A stretch of 64,000 nucleotides of DNA from assembly GCA_020184695.1 (NCBI GenBank), contig JAANOX010000246.1, forward strand, positions 124,001 to 188,000, in the 5' to 3' direction. The translations under genes were made by a program, and so were the position numbers. A model generated the notes under the pieces. The model searched no databases and was not told the DNA's origin. It saw nothing but the letters and a program-made list of their open reading frames with translations. Position 1 is the stretch's first letter; each line of letters opens with the position of its first letter. Source of the stretch: Histomonas meleagridis 2922-C6/04-290x (Eukaryota > Protista > Parabasalia). Below are positions 13,430 through 24,690 of the stretch, in pieces.

Positions 13430-13903
13430 ATTTATTTTATATATCATATAATACACAAGTATAGAGTTGGGAAGAATGTTGTGCAATTATTGTTTTTAAG
13501 TGGGTTATTTTTGAAGTTTATAGATAAGTGGAATGTTTATGATACCATTTTCACGAGAAGATCAGAAATTATTTGTGGACTTAATGGCAAACTATAAGTT
13601 TGGATAATATCCTTGGTTTAAATTGCAATATAACATCAACTGGAATGCTTGCTAACATTAAATAAGAAAAAACCTAAATGGTTGCTTTATTAATTTTTAA
13701 GGATTTGGATCCTTTTAATATTGGGCTGAAACGTATGGGACTAATTTTTGGAATTCATCATCATTATCATAAAAATATTTATACACTTTCTCCATTACTT
13801 CCTATAAAAATTAAAATTACCCAAAAATAGCTTATGTTCTTTCTTTCTCGGAAACATATCTTCGACTTGGTAAATTTTTTTTTACACCATATTTACTTTC
13901 CAT
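13430..13903 (-). pseudogene. Small hypothetical membrane protein, frameshifted
   Basis: TCATT-AAAAAACA-ATG start (MESKYGVKKNLPSRRYVSEKER), then broken frames with hydrophobic stretches. End approximate. Confidence 0.3.
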
Positions 13904-16210
13904 TGTTTTTTAATGAAGTGATTGTGCACTCCCATCACAATTGCCCACAAATTCAAGAGTTTACAATAAACATCGTTCGAAAAGCGTGCGCGTGTACGTG
14001 TAGCCGATGCCCATTTGAAAAAAGTATTTCGTAACGATTCACAGCGTGGGCAGAAAATTTTTTTATACTCATTTCAAAAACGTACACACAAAGACCAATG
14101 TTATGAAAAAAATACTCGAGAAAATATTATTCAACGAATGTAATAAGTTATTAACTCGAAGCAAATCTGATCGTTGTTCTTGAACTTATTATTTTGGTAA
14201 TTTACTTTTGAAATAATAAAAAAACAATATTCAAGTTTAAGGTGAAACATGATATAGGGAAAAAAATGGCCATCGCGAAGCGCTAGCGGATGAAATATCA
14301 AAAACATAAAAATACGAAGTGTGAAACAAAAAAATCATAATTTATAAAAACATCATTCTTTTTTATTAAAGGTACACATCATATTAATAATTATTTTAAA
14401 ATTGTAATCACTGTAATTTTGTCTATATATGTTTTTTGGAAGCCTACTTTCCATTTTATATAATATACAAGTATCCCCGAAGTACAATAGTACTTAAATT
14501 AGTTTTTAAATATAAAAAAAAAAAAAAAAATAAAAAGATAATAAATAATTTTCATATGAAATTTTATTCAAAAGCTATTCATAAAAAATTTAGTATAATT
14601 ATGATATTATAATTTTATGATAGTTTATACTACTTATTTTTATATTTTTTCGATTCTAAATCTCTAAATTGAATGATATTGTTTTTTAGAATAATGAGAA
14701 TATACAAAATTCAACAAAATCCAAAATATTATTTAGAAGAATTTAAAAATTAATAAAGATATAAAAGCAAAACCAATAATTTATAAAAGTATGGATCTAT
14801 TTTTTGCCGAAGGCAAAAAATAAATCTCAGGTGAGAAATAGATAATTTTTTTTTCCTCAATCAGTTGATATCAATTTACATGTTCAAGCGGTTCAAAGTC
14901 AAATTTGAATGAGTAAACGAATAAAAATCACTCAATCAGCTCGTATCGTTCTCAAAAACAATTTAAGAATATAGCTAGCTCAAGAAATGCTGTATTGACT
15001 CATATTCGGAGAAATAGAGAAATTAACATCATTACATAAAATGTCAAATAAGTTGAAAAAAATGTAATATATTCAAAATTTGATAGCACATGAGTAATAT
15101 GAGATAAAAGGAATTGATAAATGTATCTCAAGTCAGTATTTTGAAGATTATTTGCAAATTAGATTTGTGTAGATATTTATTCAATAAAATTGAACATTTT
15201 GCTAAAATACAAAAATTAAAAATTAAAAAAAAAAATACATCAAATGAATTCGATGATCAAGAATCGTTTTTTTATCATGTATCGTTTGTACCAAGATATT
15301 TCAAGAATATGTTGTACTTACACAGAAACTATTTTTGTTGATTATAATAAATTATTAATCAGGTTAAATAAGTAAATCATTAAGGTATTACGAAAATTAT
15401 CGTATCATTCATTTTTTCCATTAAATTCATAAATTCAAGAAAATCAATATTTCATATAATTATTTGGAATGAATAACAAATCACGCTATTGTAAATAAAT
15501 TTCATCAATTTTATTTCTTAACAAACCAAGGATCATTTGATTTGGATACCATTATCATCACAATGATAGAAAGAAATAAAGCATAGAAATTAAAGACACT
15601 TTTCGGATATGAATAACGTGTTTTTTGAAATAAGGGTAAAAATTTGATAATATTTACCATCATTCAAATTCGCTTCTATCGGCACCTATCGTTCCCTCTA
15701 TCGTTCAACATAAACCATACAAAAGTCAATTTTTGTCACTTTTTGGAATGAAAGAATAAATTTATCTCGTGCTAATCATGATATTATTCTTAGATTTATA
15801 TTAATCATAGATGCAACTATGTATATATATTATATATTCATGATATCAAGATCGTAGGATGATCGTTATATACGGGTTGCAGAAATCGAAAGTCAATATT
15901 ATACACATGTATTAATAGATTCAGAAATGAATTTTTCTATTTTCTGTAATTTAATTTTTTGAATTTTATTTAAGTTTAATTAGATATTTTTTCTATTTTT
16001 CCATATGAAACTTTAAATCAAATATAAAAATAACATATGTTTTAACAAAAACATTTGTTTTCAGACTTTGAGGTTGTTTAACAATTGAAATTGAAATGAA
16101 AATTCATTTGTTTAGTTATATATTCGAATTTGGCAAAAAAAAACATTAACATTAATATTAAAATGATTTAAATAATATTTATATTTATATTCATTAATAA
16201 AAAATACATT

Positions 16211-16710
16211 TCATCGTTTTGATGTTTGTTCTGTGAGAACTGATATTTTCGATTCGTATTTCTTATTCTTAATCACTTTCAAGATTTTCTTACGATATTT
16301 TTCCCACGTTTGTTCATTAAAGCCATAATTAAACCAATCTGAAATGTCTGCATCGGGCGCTGTCCATGGCTTCGCTTCAACTGTGTTCGGTAATGATGAT
16401 AAATCATAACTAAAGATGGACTTCGTAGGATCAGAAGGATGAACTCCCATCGGATTAACAAGTTCCCATGGAATACGATTACCGCTAGAAAAGATTTCCG
16501 TGGGCGTAATCATGGCTGCGTAGTTACCTGTCGGCGTGTAATGTGCTTGCGTAGAATAACGACGTTTAGCTGCTTCAACTGCTGCTGTTTGTGTAATGTT
16601 CTCATCTAAAGATACTTTAATGTCATCATCATCATCACTACCTTCAATTTCATCGTCATCATAATCATCTTCATCGTCTTCATAATTATTATTTCACTAT
16701 ATTCAACCAT
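16211..16710 (-). CDS. FIP1: Pre-mRNA 3'-processing factor Fip1-like (one A missing near 16692)
   Basis: Fip1 motif KPWTAPDADISDWFNYGFNEQTWEKY. An acidic N-terminus is open upstream to about 16690; ATG at 16710. Confidence 0.8.
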
Positions 16711-16790
16711 TATTCTTATTAAAATTCAATGTTAAAAAAGAAGGGAAAAAAATCAAAAGCTATTTATTTATTCAAAAAAATTAGTATCGT

Positions 16791-17066
16791 TTAATCTTTC
16801 TTCTTTTGAAGAACTATCTTGAGTTGAATTGACTTTGGATCTTCTTTAACGCCATTATTCTCTAAAAGCCCTTTGACAATAAATGCTGGAAGATCGATAT
16901 TATATACTTTTGAATGGTAACTTATAACTTGTTTCTTTTTTTGTTCTTGTTTGTCTTTCTTATCTTTCTTATATTTTTTATCTTTCTTGTCTTCCCTTGT
17001 GTCTTCTTTTTCTTTCCTATACTTTTTGCTTTCGTCTCTTCTCTCTCTTCTAACTCTTCCACTCAT
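16791..17066 (-). CDS. Small Lys/Arg-rich hypothetical protein
   Basis: 91-aa ORF with ATG preceded by GACCGTTAAAACAAAA (core promoter motif). Confidence 0.6.
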   Translation of the reverse strand: MSGRVRRERRDESKKYRKEKEDTREDKKDKKYKKDKKDKQEQKKKQVISYHSKVYNIDLPAFIVKGLLENNGVKEDPKSIQLKIVLQKKKD

Positions 17067-17496
17067 TTTTGTTTTAACGGTCTACAAATCCCATTTTTTC
17101 TTTTTTCTCTCAAAGATGGAAATAATTTTATATTAGTAAGCATATCTATATTCACTTTCACTTTGCTATAGTAGAAATTGATATGAATAAGGTTTTCAAC
17201 AGATTAATTAGAGCTAATTTATAAATTTGAAAAACAAAAGTATAAAAGCTGAATTAAGTCTGCCACCTAAAGTATAGCTTTAACGCGATTGTAACAATCT
17301 ATAAGTTACAAAAAAAAATTCATTTTTTACTTTTTTGGGCGGATTTTTGATATTACCACAGACCAAACCCCATTCAAACAAACAACTTTTTGATGAGTTG
17401 GCAGATTGCTTTCTGTGCAAACCATTTACGATAGAACATGTAAAAAACAACCACTGGCCTTTTTATTCAATTTGTTTCGGTAACCGTTGAGCAAAG

Positions 17497-18651
17497 ATGG
17501 GATCGGGAGCAAGCTATCCAACAACCCAATTTGTTCATCCATTTTCTAATGAAATGTACACTCCGTTTGGAGCATCAAGAATGGATTCTGAAAAGCTAAA
17601 TTCAGATAATACCCTTCAACAATACAATGTTAATCTTATTGACACACCCTTTGCTGGTATCTGGTCAGTTAAAGTTCCAGATTCTATAGCACCTAGACCT
17701 CGATCTGGTCATTTTACGTATTATGATGAACCAAATCATACCGTTTACATCGGATATGGATCATTTAATTCGCAACTCTTCAATGATTTATGGGCTTTTG
17801 ATACACTAAACGATACTTGGAGGAAAATACCTCTTACAGGAGATGAAATTTCATGTAGAAGTGGAACAAGAGCAAGTTTTTATTCTAATCATCTTATTTT
17901 GTTCGGTGGGTATTGCGAACCAGATTATTTTGGTGACCTCCACACCATTGATGTTAACACTGGTGAACGACGTCTTCTTGCAACCAATGGAATTCCACCC
18001 TCACCAAGATCATCACCAATTGTCGCCGTTTATAAAAACAAACTATTTGTTTGGGGTGGGTTTAATCAAGAATGGCCATCTGAGCTTAATATTCTGGATT
18101 TAGACACATTAACATGGACAAATATTGATCAGCTTATCCACGGAAGGACAGCAGTTCCGTGGGTTTTGGATGGCAATATCCTTTATAGCTTTGGTGGGTC
18201 CAAGGTAGGGACAATGTTTTGTTTGGACATGGAAACAAATGAAATTACCATGAAACAAACGACGGGAAGTGCTCCAACAAGCTCAATCATGGGCGCTGGC
18301 ATGGTTAGGGTTGAACACTATGTTTTCTTCTTTGGTGGAAGATCGAATAACAATCAATATACTCTTGTATATGCATGCGATCTGAATAAAATGTGGTGGT
18401 TTGTATTCCACATTATGCCAGATGGCAAAACAGTGTCAATACAGGATGGTGTAATCAGCCAAAAGTCTGGAAGGTTTATGTTACCAAGGATACACTCTTT
18501 CAGCGTCTGCTACATCAAAGAAAAGAGAGAAATTCTATCGTTTTTGGGATACCCCGAAAATGACCCACCTCAACTTAATGTTATCAATATTGCGGAGTCT
18601 ATGAGCTTCATACATTTAAGAGAGGACATGGTTTCTGTTTTAAATTATTGA
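17497..18651 (+). CDS. Kelch-repeat protein
   Basis: Kelch repeats (PRPRSGH, LILFGG, LFVWGG, VFFFGG); N-terminal MG (possible myristoylation); AACCGTT upstream. Confidence 0.85.
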   Translation: MGSGASYPTTQFVHPFSNEMYTPFGASRMDSEKLNSDNTLQQYNVNLIDTPFAGIWSVKVPDSIAPRPRSGHFTYYDEPNHTVYIGYGSFNSQLFNDLWAFDTLNDTWRKIPLTGDEISCRSGTRASFYSNHLILFGGYCEPDYFGDLHTIDVNTGERRLLATNGIPPSPRSSPIVAVYKNKLFVWGGFNQEWPSELNILDLDTLTWTNIDQLIHGRTAVPWVLDGNILYSFGGSKVGTMFCLDMETNEITMKQTTGSAPTSSIMGAGMVRVEHYVFFFGGRSNNNQYTLVYACDLNKMWWFVFHIMPDGKTVSIQDGVISQKSGRFMLPRIHSFSVCYIKEKREILSFLGYPENDPPQLNVINIAESMSFIHLREDMVSVLNY

Positions 18652-18753
18652 TTTGACGTTTTTTATTTTTGAAAATTTATATTTTCGGGTTAACTAAAAA
18701 AATATTTACAAAATTTAAATTTAAAAGTGGAGTTTTAAGAATTAAAAAACAAT

Positions 18754-20116
18754 TTATTCATTGTCAGAGTCGGTGGTAATTAATTTTAAAAGCTCATTTG
18801 CACATTCAGCAAGATCATCATTTTCAGAAAGACAATCATTATTTAATGTTTCCATGAACTCAACTTCCATGGCTTTTTCTAAAATGAAATTCGCTTGTTC
18901 TTCTTCATCGATTCTGTATAACAAAATTGAGATTAATTGATATAATATTTTTTTGTTTATGTGATCGAGTGAACCTAACATATCGAATAAAGATTCGCCA
19001 AACTCAGGTGAAAAAAATATTGGTTCTGCATATTGATAAATTGCACAAAATAATTGCAATAAAACCGTCTTGATTCGAACAGACCCATTCAAAAATAACT
19101 GAATGAAATCAAAAGATGAGAAAATTTGTGGAAAAGAATTTGTACCATTCGTATATGCTGTGATGATTTGAATCATCTCGTGTTGGATATCTTCATTAGA
19201 TTCTTGGAGTTTGCTGCATATGGTATTTAGTAATCCATGGACTTCAACTTGAGGTGCAATTTCATCTGGTGAGATTATTAAAGAAAGTTTTAGAACATCT
19301 AGAGAAATGATAGAAGCTTTTTTTGAAAAAACTAGTTGAATTAGTGATGGGCAAAGATTATTTGTAATAATCAAATGAATAATGTGGTGTTTAAAATGCT
19401 TGATCGTAAGAAAGTGATAAAAAGAATATAAAGGGTATTTAAGCAATGATGGGTTTGGGTTGGTTTGAATTTGAAAGGAAAAAAAATTAAGAATATTTAA
19501 CAAAACATCAATGTCTATGGAATCAGATACTGAAATAATATACAATAGGCGGAAGTAATTTGAGTCGGCTTGGCCATGATGTAACAACCAACCAACAAAA
19601 TTGGATTGAACTGCATATTGAATGGAAAGTTTCACATCACAGCAAATATTACATAACATACAAAAAAGAAGCTTCAATGAAAAACTTTCGAAATTATCAA
19701 TTCCTTGAAGAATGTAATTAAAAAATTGTTCCGAACCAATGTAACTTGAGAACTTGTTTGTTGTTTCCGTAACTGTACCCAGAAAAAATAATGCATTATC
19801 GCGCGTGTCCATATTTTGAATTAATTCAATAATTTTATCAAAGTTTGATGAAGATAATAAAAATAAGCAATTTTCTGAATCTGCTCCGATAATTTCTATC
19901 ATTTTTTCTAAAGAATCATTTTGTATTTGTGAATTATCAGTTTGTAAATTTTCTAAACTCGCTCGAAAAATTTGTATATTAGTTTCTGAATCATTACTTG
20001 TACCATCATCATAATTAAAACTAGTTCCAAGCTTGACAATTCTTTGCGATCTGTACTTTGCGAATTTTGGGGAAGTTTTGTAGCTTGACTGTATCGAAGG
20101 AATACCTGACAAACAT
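18754..20116 (-). CDS. ARM/HEAT-like helical repeat protein
   Basis: 452-aa Leu/Ile-rich helical ORF. The likely ATG at 20116 needs one T removed (ATGTTTGTCA to ATG TTG TCA). Confidence 0.6.
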
Positions 20117-20268
20117 GGTCAATTAAGGCTGTTTTGTGATCATTTAGAACACAAAATATATATCGTTTATTTCGCGGATTTGCAAACAGATACTCTATCA
20201 AGTACACAGAAAATTTTTTCTATTTTAGCCGTGAATTATATACACATAAAAATATTTACTAAGCATAA

Positions 20269-21045
20269 TCACTCCTCATTAATATTATCAAAAATTTCAT
20301 AAGCAGTATATGCATGACTATAGTTATATCCAAGCTTTTTTGCTAATGAGATAGAAGCTATATTATGAGCATCCCAACTTGGGTAAAGATTTCTTTTTAG
20401 ACATTCTAAAATTAGTTTTGCACCAACAACGGAAGCAAGGCCTCTACGACGATATTCTTCTTTAGTGTCTATTTCAATCTCAATTCCATGTTTATATGTG
20501 GAATATGAAGATGCACCAGAAACAATTTCCCCATTGATTGTTATAACAAAACCAATTCCAAGATGTGAATATATTTCATAACTTTCATATTGCGAAACTA
20601 AATCATGGCTCCATTCATTTGACAAGCATTGACAGAAAAACTTTTCATCAATCATATTTATATCGAATTCTTTTGGTAAAGTATTAACAATTTTGGACAA
20701 TTTTTCTTTACAAAAGATATTTGGTTCTTTTTTTGTTGCATATCTCTCTATTTTTTTAGCTTTATTCCCATAGCATTCTTCAATAATTATTTCCCATTCT
20801 TTATTCTGTGGTATCATAATCATATAATTTTTGGAATGAGGATTAAAGACTGTTAGTTCGCGATTTGGTTCTCCTGCAAGAAAACAAAAATCACCTAGAA
20901 TTGCCATCGCACAAGAAGGATTATCAACATGATCAACATAAATTTCCCCCATGATTCCTTGTATACAAGACCAAATGATTGTTTCTTCCCAATCCTTGAA
21001 TAAAGGCTTTGATTTTTTTGTTTCTGTTAGTTTTTGGGGGATCAT
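20269..21045 (-). CDS. Bacterial-type GNAT acetyltransferase (GNAT_acetyltran-like), probable lateral transfer
   Basis: 258 aa from ATG 21045. WEETIIWSCIQGIMG...GDFCFLAGEP...GEIVSGASSY...GIEIEIDT...YRRRGLA...LYPSWDAHN..S..LA.KLGY is the pattern of Firmicute GNAT proteins. The ORF-track extension to 21294 overlaps the CASC1 gene and is spurious. Confidence 0.85.
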   Translation of the reverse strand: MIPQKLTETKKSKPLFKDWEETIIWSCIQGIMGEIYVDHVDNPSCAMAILGDFCFLAGEPNRELTVFNPHSKNYMIMIPQNKEWEIIIEECYGNKAKKIERYATKKEPNIFCKEKLSKIVNTLPKEFDINMIDEKFFCQCLSNEWSHDLVSQYESYEIYSHLGIGFVITINGEIVSGASSYSTYKHGIEIEIDTKEEYRRRGLASVVGAKLILECLKRNLYPSWDAHNIASISLAKKLGYNYSHAYTAYEIFDNINEE

Positions 21046-21097
21046 TTTATATAAACGGTCTTTCTTGAAACCGTTAAATTTATCGTTATTTTTTAAA
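21046..21097. promoter_or_regulatory. 52-bp bidirectional promoter with two opposed CCGTT (M3-type) motifs
   Basis: AAACGGTC at 21053-21060 (GACCGTTT on minus, 7 nt before the GNAT ATG) and AACCGTT at 21069-21075 (plus, before the CASC1 ATG). Confidence 0.6.
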
Positions 21098-23014
21098 ATG
21101 AGCAGAAAAGAAAAAAAAACTTTACTTACAAATGTTAAAGATGCAAGACCAAATACAACAACTCCAAAAACGCCCACTCGTAAGCCACTAAAATCAAGTA
21201 AAGGAAAACGAAAAAAACTTTCCAAGAAAGAGATCCTTAGAAGAAAGAGGGAAAAGGCTGAACAAGAACGTCTTGAGCAACTTAGAATTGCCAAAGAGCT
21301 AGAAGAGAAGCGAGCTCATGAACAAGAGCAAGAAATGGAACGACTTGAGCAAGAAAGACTTCATTCAGAAAATGAATATCTCATTGAACTTCATAACAGA
21401 AAAAACCAATTTTGCTCGGACACACGCCTCAAAAAACATAGGGTTGCAGAATGGGAATATTACACTGAATGTGATCATTCAACAAATCCACTTGATCAAG
21501 CAGATGTTAATACATTTCTTTCTCAATGGCGCGAAAATGAAGAAACAGATATGCACAAATTGTTCAAACAAATTGAAACTGCCAAAAAATTATTAGATCA
21601 ATTAATTGAATATCGATCACAATCTTCAGTTTCAAATGATATTAAAGAATATGAACGTTTTTCGCAACCAATACGCGACATCAGACAGTTAATTGAGACC
21701 AAAATCAATTTGCTTACCCAACATCAATTATTATTTAGTGACAAATATGCAAGTGCCAAAAACGAAGTTCTATTAACAACTGAATCTGCGGGTTACAGCT
21801 ATGGGTTATGGGTTAACCTTACCAAGAATCCACGAATCAATAATATCGATTTTGGATTTTCTTCCATTAAGATTCCTAAAGCCGTTGCTACGACTTCTAT
21901 TGCTATTCGTATGACCATTTCACCCTTTCTTTCTGGGTTCCATGATTATACACTTTTATCATCTATCTTATCATGCGAATTTTTCCAGCTCCCAATTCCT
22001 CCTAAACGAATTGGCAACATGACCCTTCGTCAGTTTTCTGCGTCCAGTGGTCTTCAACCGATTCCATATACGATCAGAAATCAAAGCGAAGTTCAGTCGC
22101 CGCTCGTTTTCACCATGAAAATCCAGCCAGAGCTTCTCCCAAGCGACACAAGTTCACTTACTGTTGTTAAAATTGATGAATCTGAAAGTCCAATTACAAA
22201 TATTAATGTAGACAAAGAATCACAAACAGTCACATTTTCTTGTGAAAAAACTGGTCTTTTTGCATTAGCTATTCCAAGATACAATCAGTTTCCATTTAAG
22301 TTTTGGGAGATTAATTCAACAGCTGTTGATTCATGTGAGATTTTCATTAGAACATCTTTGACAGAATTTTCGATTATAATCGATTCTGATGGGTTGTGTT
22401 CAATGTCATCACCCTTACTGTTTAACAAGATGACGGCTCCTAAGGCATTAGAGTTCATGAAGCGCCACGGACTGAACATTGTTTCTCCAGAAGCATTCAC
22501 AGCGGTTAGCGGTTTTGACATGACCGATAAAAATTCTGAGCTCGAAGAAGTTCTTAATCGCGGATTAGCTGATTGTGCTTCTGGTTTTGTAATTCGTTGT
22601 AGTAAATGGAATTCTCATATATCGAGTGATAGGGCAATACTAATTGCAAGAGAAATTAAGGAATTTGGAGAACCGATTTCTGATGATGAAGAATTTTTGG
22701 CAAACGAAGAAGAGGAAAAAGAAGAAGAAAAGAATGAAAACGAAGAAGAACAACAAATTGAAGAAAAGAAATCAAAATGGCATTGCATACATGTGAAAAC
22801 AAAACATATAAACGAAATTAAGTATGCAGAAATAACTGATGAACTCGATCCAAAGATGTTGGAAGGAACTCGATTTCATCAACACTTGATGCCAATGCTA
22901 ATGGATATTGCATCTGAGGAAGTACAAAGTCGAGTGAAAAGTTGTTCAGGATTTGTGAACGAAACCATGTACTATCTCTTGAAGAAATTGAGGTTGTTCT
23001 CTTCTACAGAATGA
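21098..23014 (+). CDS. DNAI7: Axonemal dynein intermediate chain 7 / CASC1 (IC97)-like
   Basis: Basic and coiled-coil N-terminus, then EWEYYTECDHSTNPLDQADVNTFLSQWRE (Casc1 N-terminal pattern). ATG at 21098. Confidence 0.7.
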   Translation: MSRKEKKTLLTNVKDARPNTTTPKTPTRKPLKSSKGKRKKLSKKEILRRKREKAEQERLEQLRIAKELEEKRAHEQEQEMERLEQERLHSENEYLIELHNRKNQFCSDTRLKKHRVAEWEYYTECDHSTNPLDQADVNTFLSQWRENEETDMHKLFKQIETAKKLLDQLIEYRSQSSVSNDIKEYERFSQPIRDIRQLIETKINLLTQHQLLFSDKYASAKNEVLLTTESAGYSYGLWVNLTKNPRINNIDFGFSSIKIPKAVATTSIAIRMTISPFLSGFHDYTLLSSILSCEFFQLPIPPKRIGNMTLRQFSASSGLQPIPYTIRNQSEVQSPLVFTMKIQPELLPSDTSSLTVVKIDESESPITNINVDKESQTVTFSCEKTGLFALAIPRYNQFPFKFWEINSTAVDSCEIFIRTSLTEFSIIIDSDGLCSMSSPLLFNKMTAPKALEFMKRHGLNIVSPEAFTAVSGFDMTDKNSELEEVLNRGLADCASGFVIRCSKWNSHISSDRAILIAREIKEFGEPISDDEEFLANEEEEKEEEKNENEEEQQIEEKKSKWHCIHVKTKHINEIKYAEITDELDPKMLEGTRFHQHLMPMLMDIASEEVQSRVKSCSGFVNETMYYLLKKLRLFSSTE

Positions 23015-23375
23015 AATATATATAAATGTTTCTATTAAATTTAATGTTTAATAACTATTTTTCATAAGCCCATGTGGTTCGGAACAAGCTTTTTTGTGGA
23101 AAATCATTTCAATCTGAATCGATTTCATAAGATATAATAAATATAAGAAATTTCAAAAACAAAATAAGAGCATTGTCTAATAGAATGAAAATATGTTCAG
23201 TTTTAAACCATTATCTTATTGGCTACAAACGCTTTCATGATTTTAATTAAAGAGTTAATTGAAATGGCGGTTTTTTAGGGGCAAATTCGCTTTTGACCCA
23301 AAAATGAAAAATCCTCTCAAAAATTGTGTTGGTTTTCATCGTTTTTCTCAAAAAAACACCTCCAAAACTTCTCCC

Positions 23376-24446
23376 ATGAAGACCAAAACAGACCTTACTC
23401 CAAAGCACCCAATAGGCTCGCTTATCATGAACTATATTGTTGGCCCAAAAATCGGCCAAGGTGCTTTTGGCGAAATTTATTCTGCTATCGATCAATATAC
23501 GGGTCTAATTTGGGCAATTAAGACCGAACCTAATTCAGTCAAACGTAAGACACTTGCATTTGAATACCAGATTTTGGCGCGTGTTCAATCATCTCCAACA
23601 TTTCCACGTCTAGGCATATTAGGCCATGGCAAAGACTTTAGTTTTATTTCTATGGAACTCCTAGGACCAAGCCTAGCTAATATTCTCAAGAAACTTCCAA
23701 AAAAGACATTTACATTTAGCACAGGAATTCGTGCCTCATATTTTATTCTTAAGTGCATAGAATCCCTCCATGTCTTTGGTTTTATTCACCGTGACATCAA
23801 ACCAGGGAATATTCTTACACGTGAAGGTAGTGAACATCCATTATGTTTAATTGATTTTGGATTATCACGTATGTATATTGATCAAAACACGGGCAAACAT
23901 TTTACTCGCCGTCCTAAGATAGGTTTTAGAGGTACTCGAGCATATGCTAGTGTTCATGCACATTTGTCACAAGATCTTTCCCGACGCGATGACTTGATCT
24001 CATGGTTTTATTTGACCTACGAGTTCGCTATTGGGCCTCTTCCATGGCGCCATCTCGGCAACAAGCATGAGATTCTTCGCATCAAGGAGAACTTCGATGT
24101 CGAGACGCAAGTCTCCGAAATTGCGCCCGAATTGATCGATGTATGGAACTATGTAAAGAGTCTCAAGTTCGAGGAGACGCCGAATTATTCGCGAATATAT
24201 GATAGCATTTTACGTATTTGTCGGAGAGAAGGATTTAAACTTGATGACCCATTCGATTGGTCCGAAATGTTACATAAAAGTTCCAATAAAATGGCAAAAG
24301 CTGTTGAGGGATTAAAGCCAAACAGCCACTTAAAGAAGGCAAAATGTACTGAGTCTTCTCTCCAGGAAAAATTGTTACATGCATCAATAACAATTCCGCC
24401 ACCTTTTAGCCATGTGTCGGAAGAATCGGGATGCTGTGGATGCTGA
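23376..24446 (+). CDS. Casein kinase 1 family Ser/Thr kinase
   Basis: IGQGAFGEIY, AIKTE, MELLGPSL, HRDIKPGN, IDFGLS, GTRAYAS, SRRDDL; Cys-rich C-terminus GCCGC. Start could be 23304 or 23376. Confidence 0.9.
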   Translation: MKTKTDLTPKHPIGSLIMNYIVGPKIGQGAFGEIYSAIDQYTGLIWAIKTEPNSVKRKTLAFEYQILARVQSSPTFPRLGILGHGKDFSFISMELLGPSLANILKKLPKKTFTFSTGIRASYFILKCIESLHVFGFIHRDIKPGNILTREGSEHPLCLIDFGLSRMYIDQNTGKHFTRRPKIGFRGTRAYASVHAHLSQDLSRRDDLISWFYLTYEFAIGPLPWRHLGNKHEILRIKENFDVETQVSEIAPELIDVWNYVKSLKFEETPNYSRIYDSILRICRREGFKLDDPFDWSEMLHKSSNKMAKAVEGLKPNSHLKKAKCTESSLQEKLLHASITIPPPFSHVSEESGCCGC

Positions 24447-24690
24447 TGAATTAGCATTTGTAAATAGTTTGCGAAATATGAATTTTGATTTTTTATTGAA
24501 ATTCGATTATAGTCTTAAAATAAAGATAAAACTCTAAAGCTATAGTTTATTTATTTTTAATTTAGATTTACTTCGCTAAGTTAAGGGTTGTATAATATAA
24601 TGTTGGTGATCAACATATACGTTCTAATATTTATACTTTAAAGTTAAGATGTTAATAATTAACATATTATATGTTGAAGAAATAAATATA

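Noticed and set aside
20951-21294. Apparent overlap of the GNAT and CASC1 ORFs in the ORF track
   Set aside because: Artefact of upstream extension; the ATGs at 21045 (-) and 21098 (+) have promoter motifs and do not overlap.
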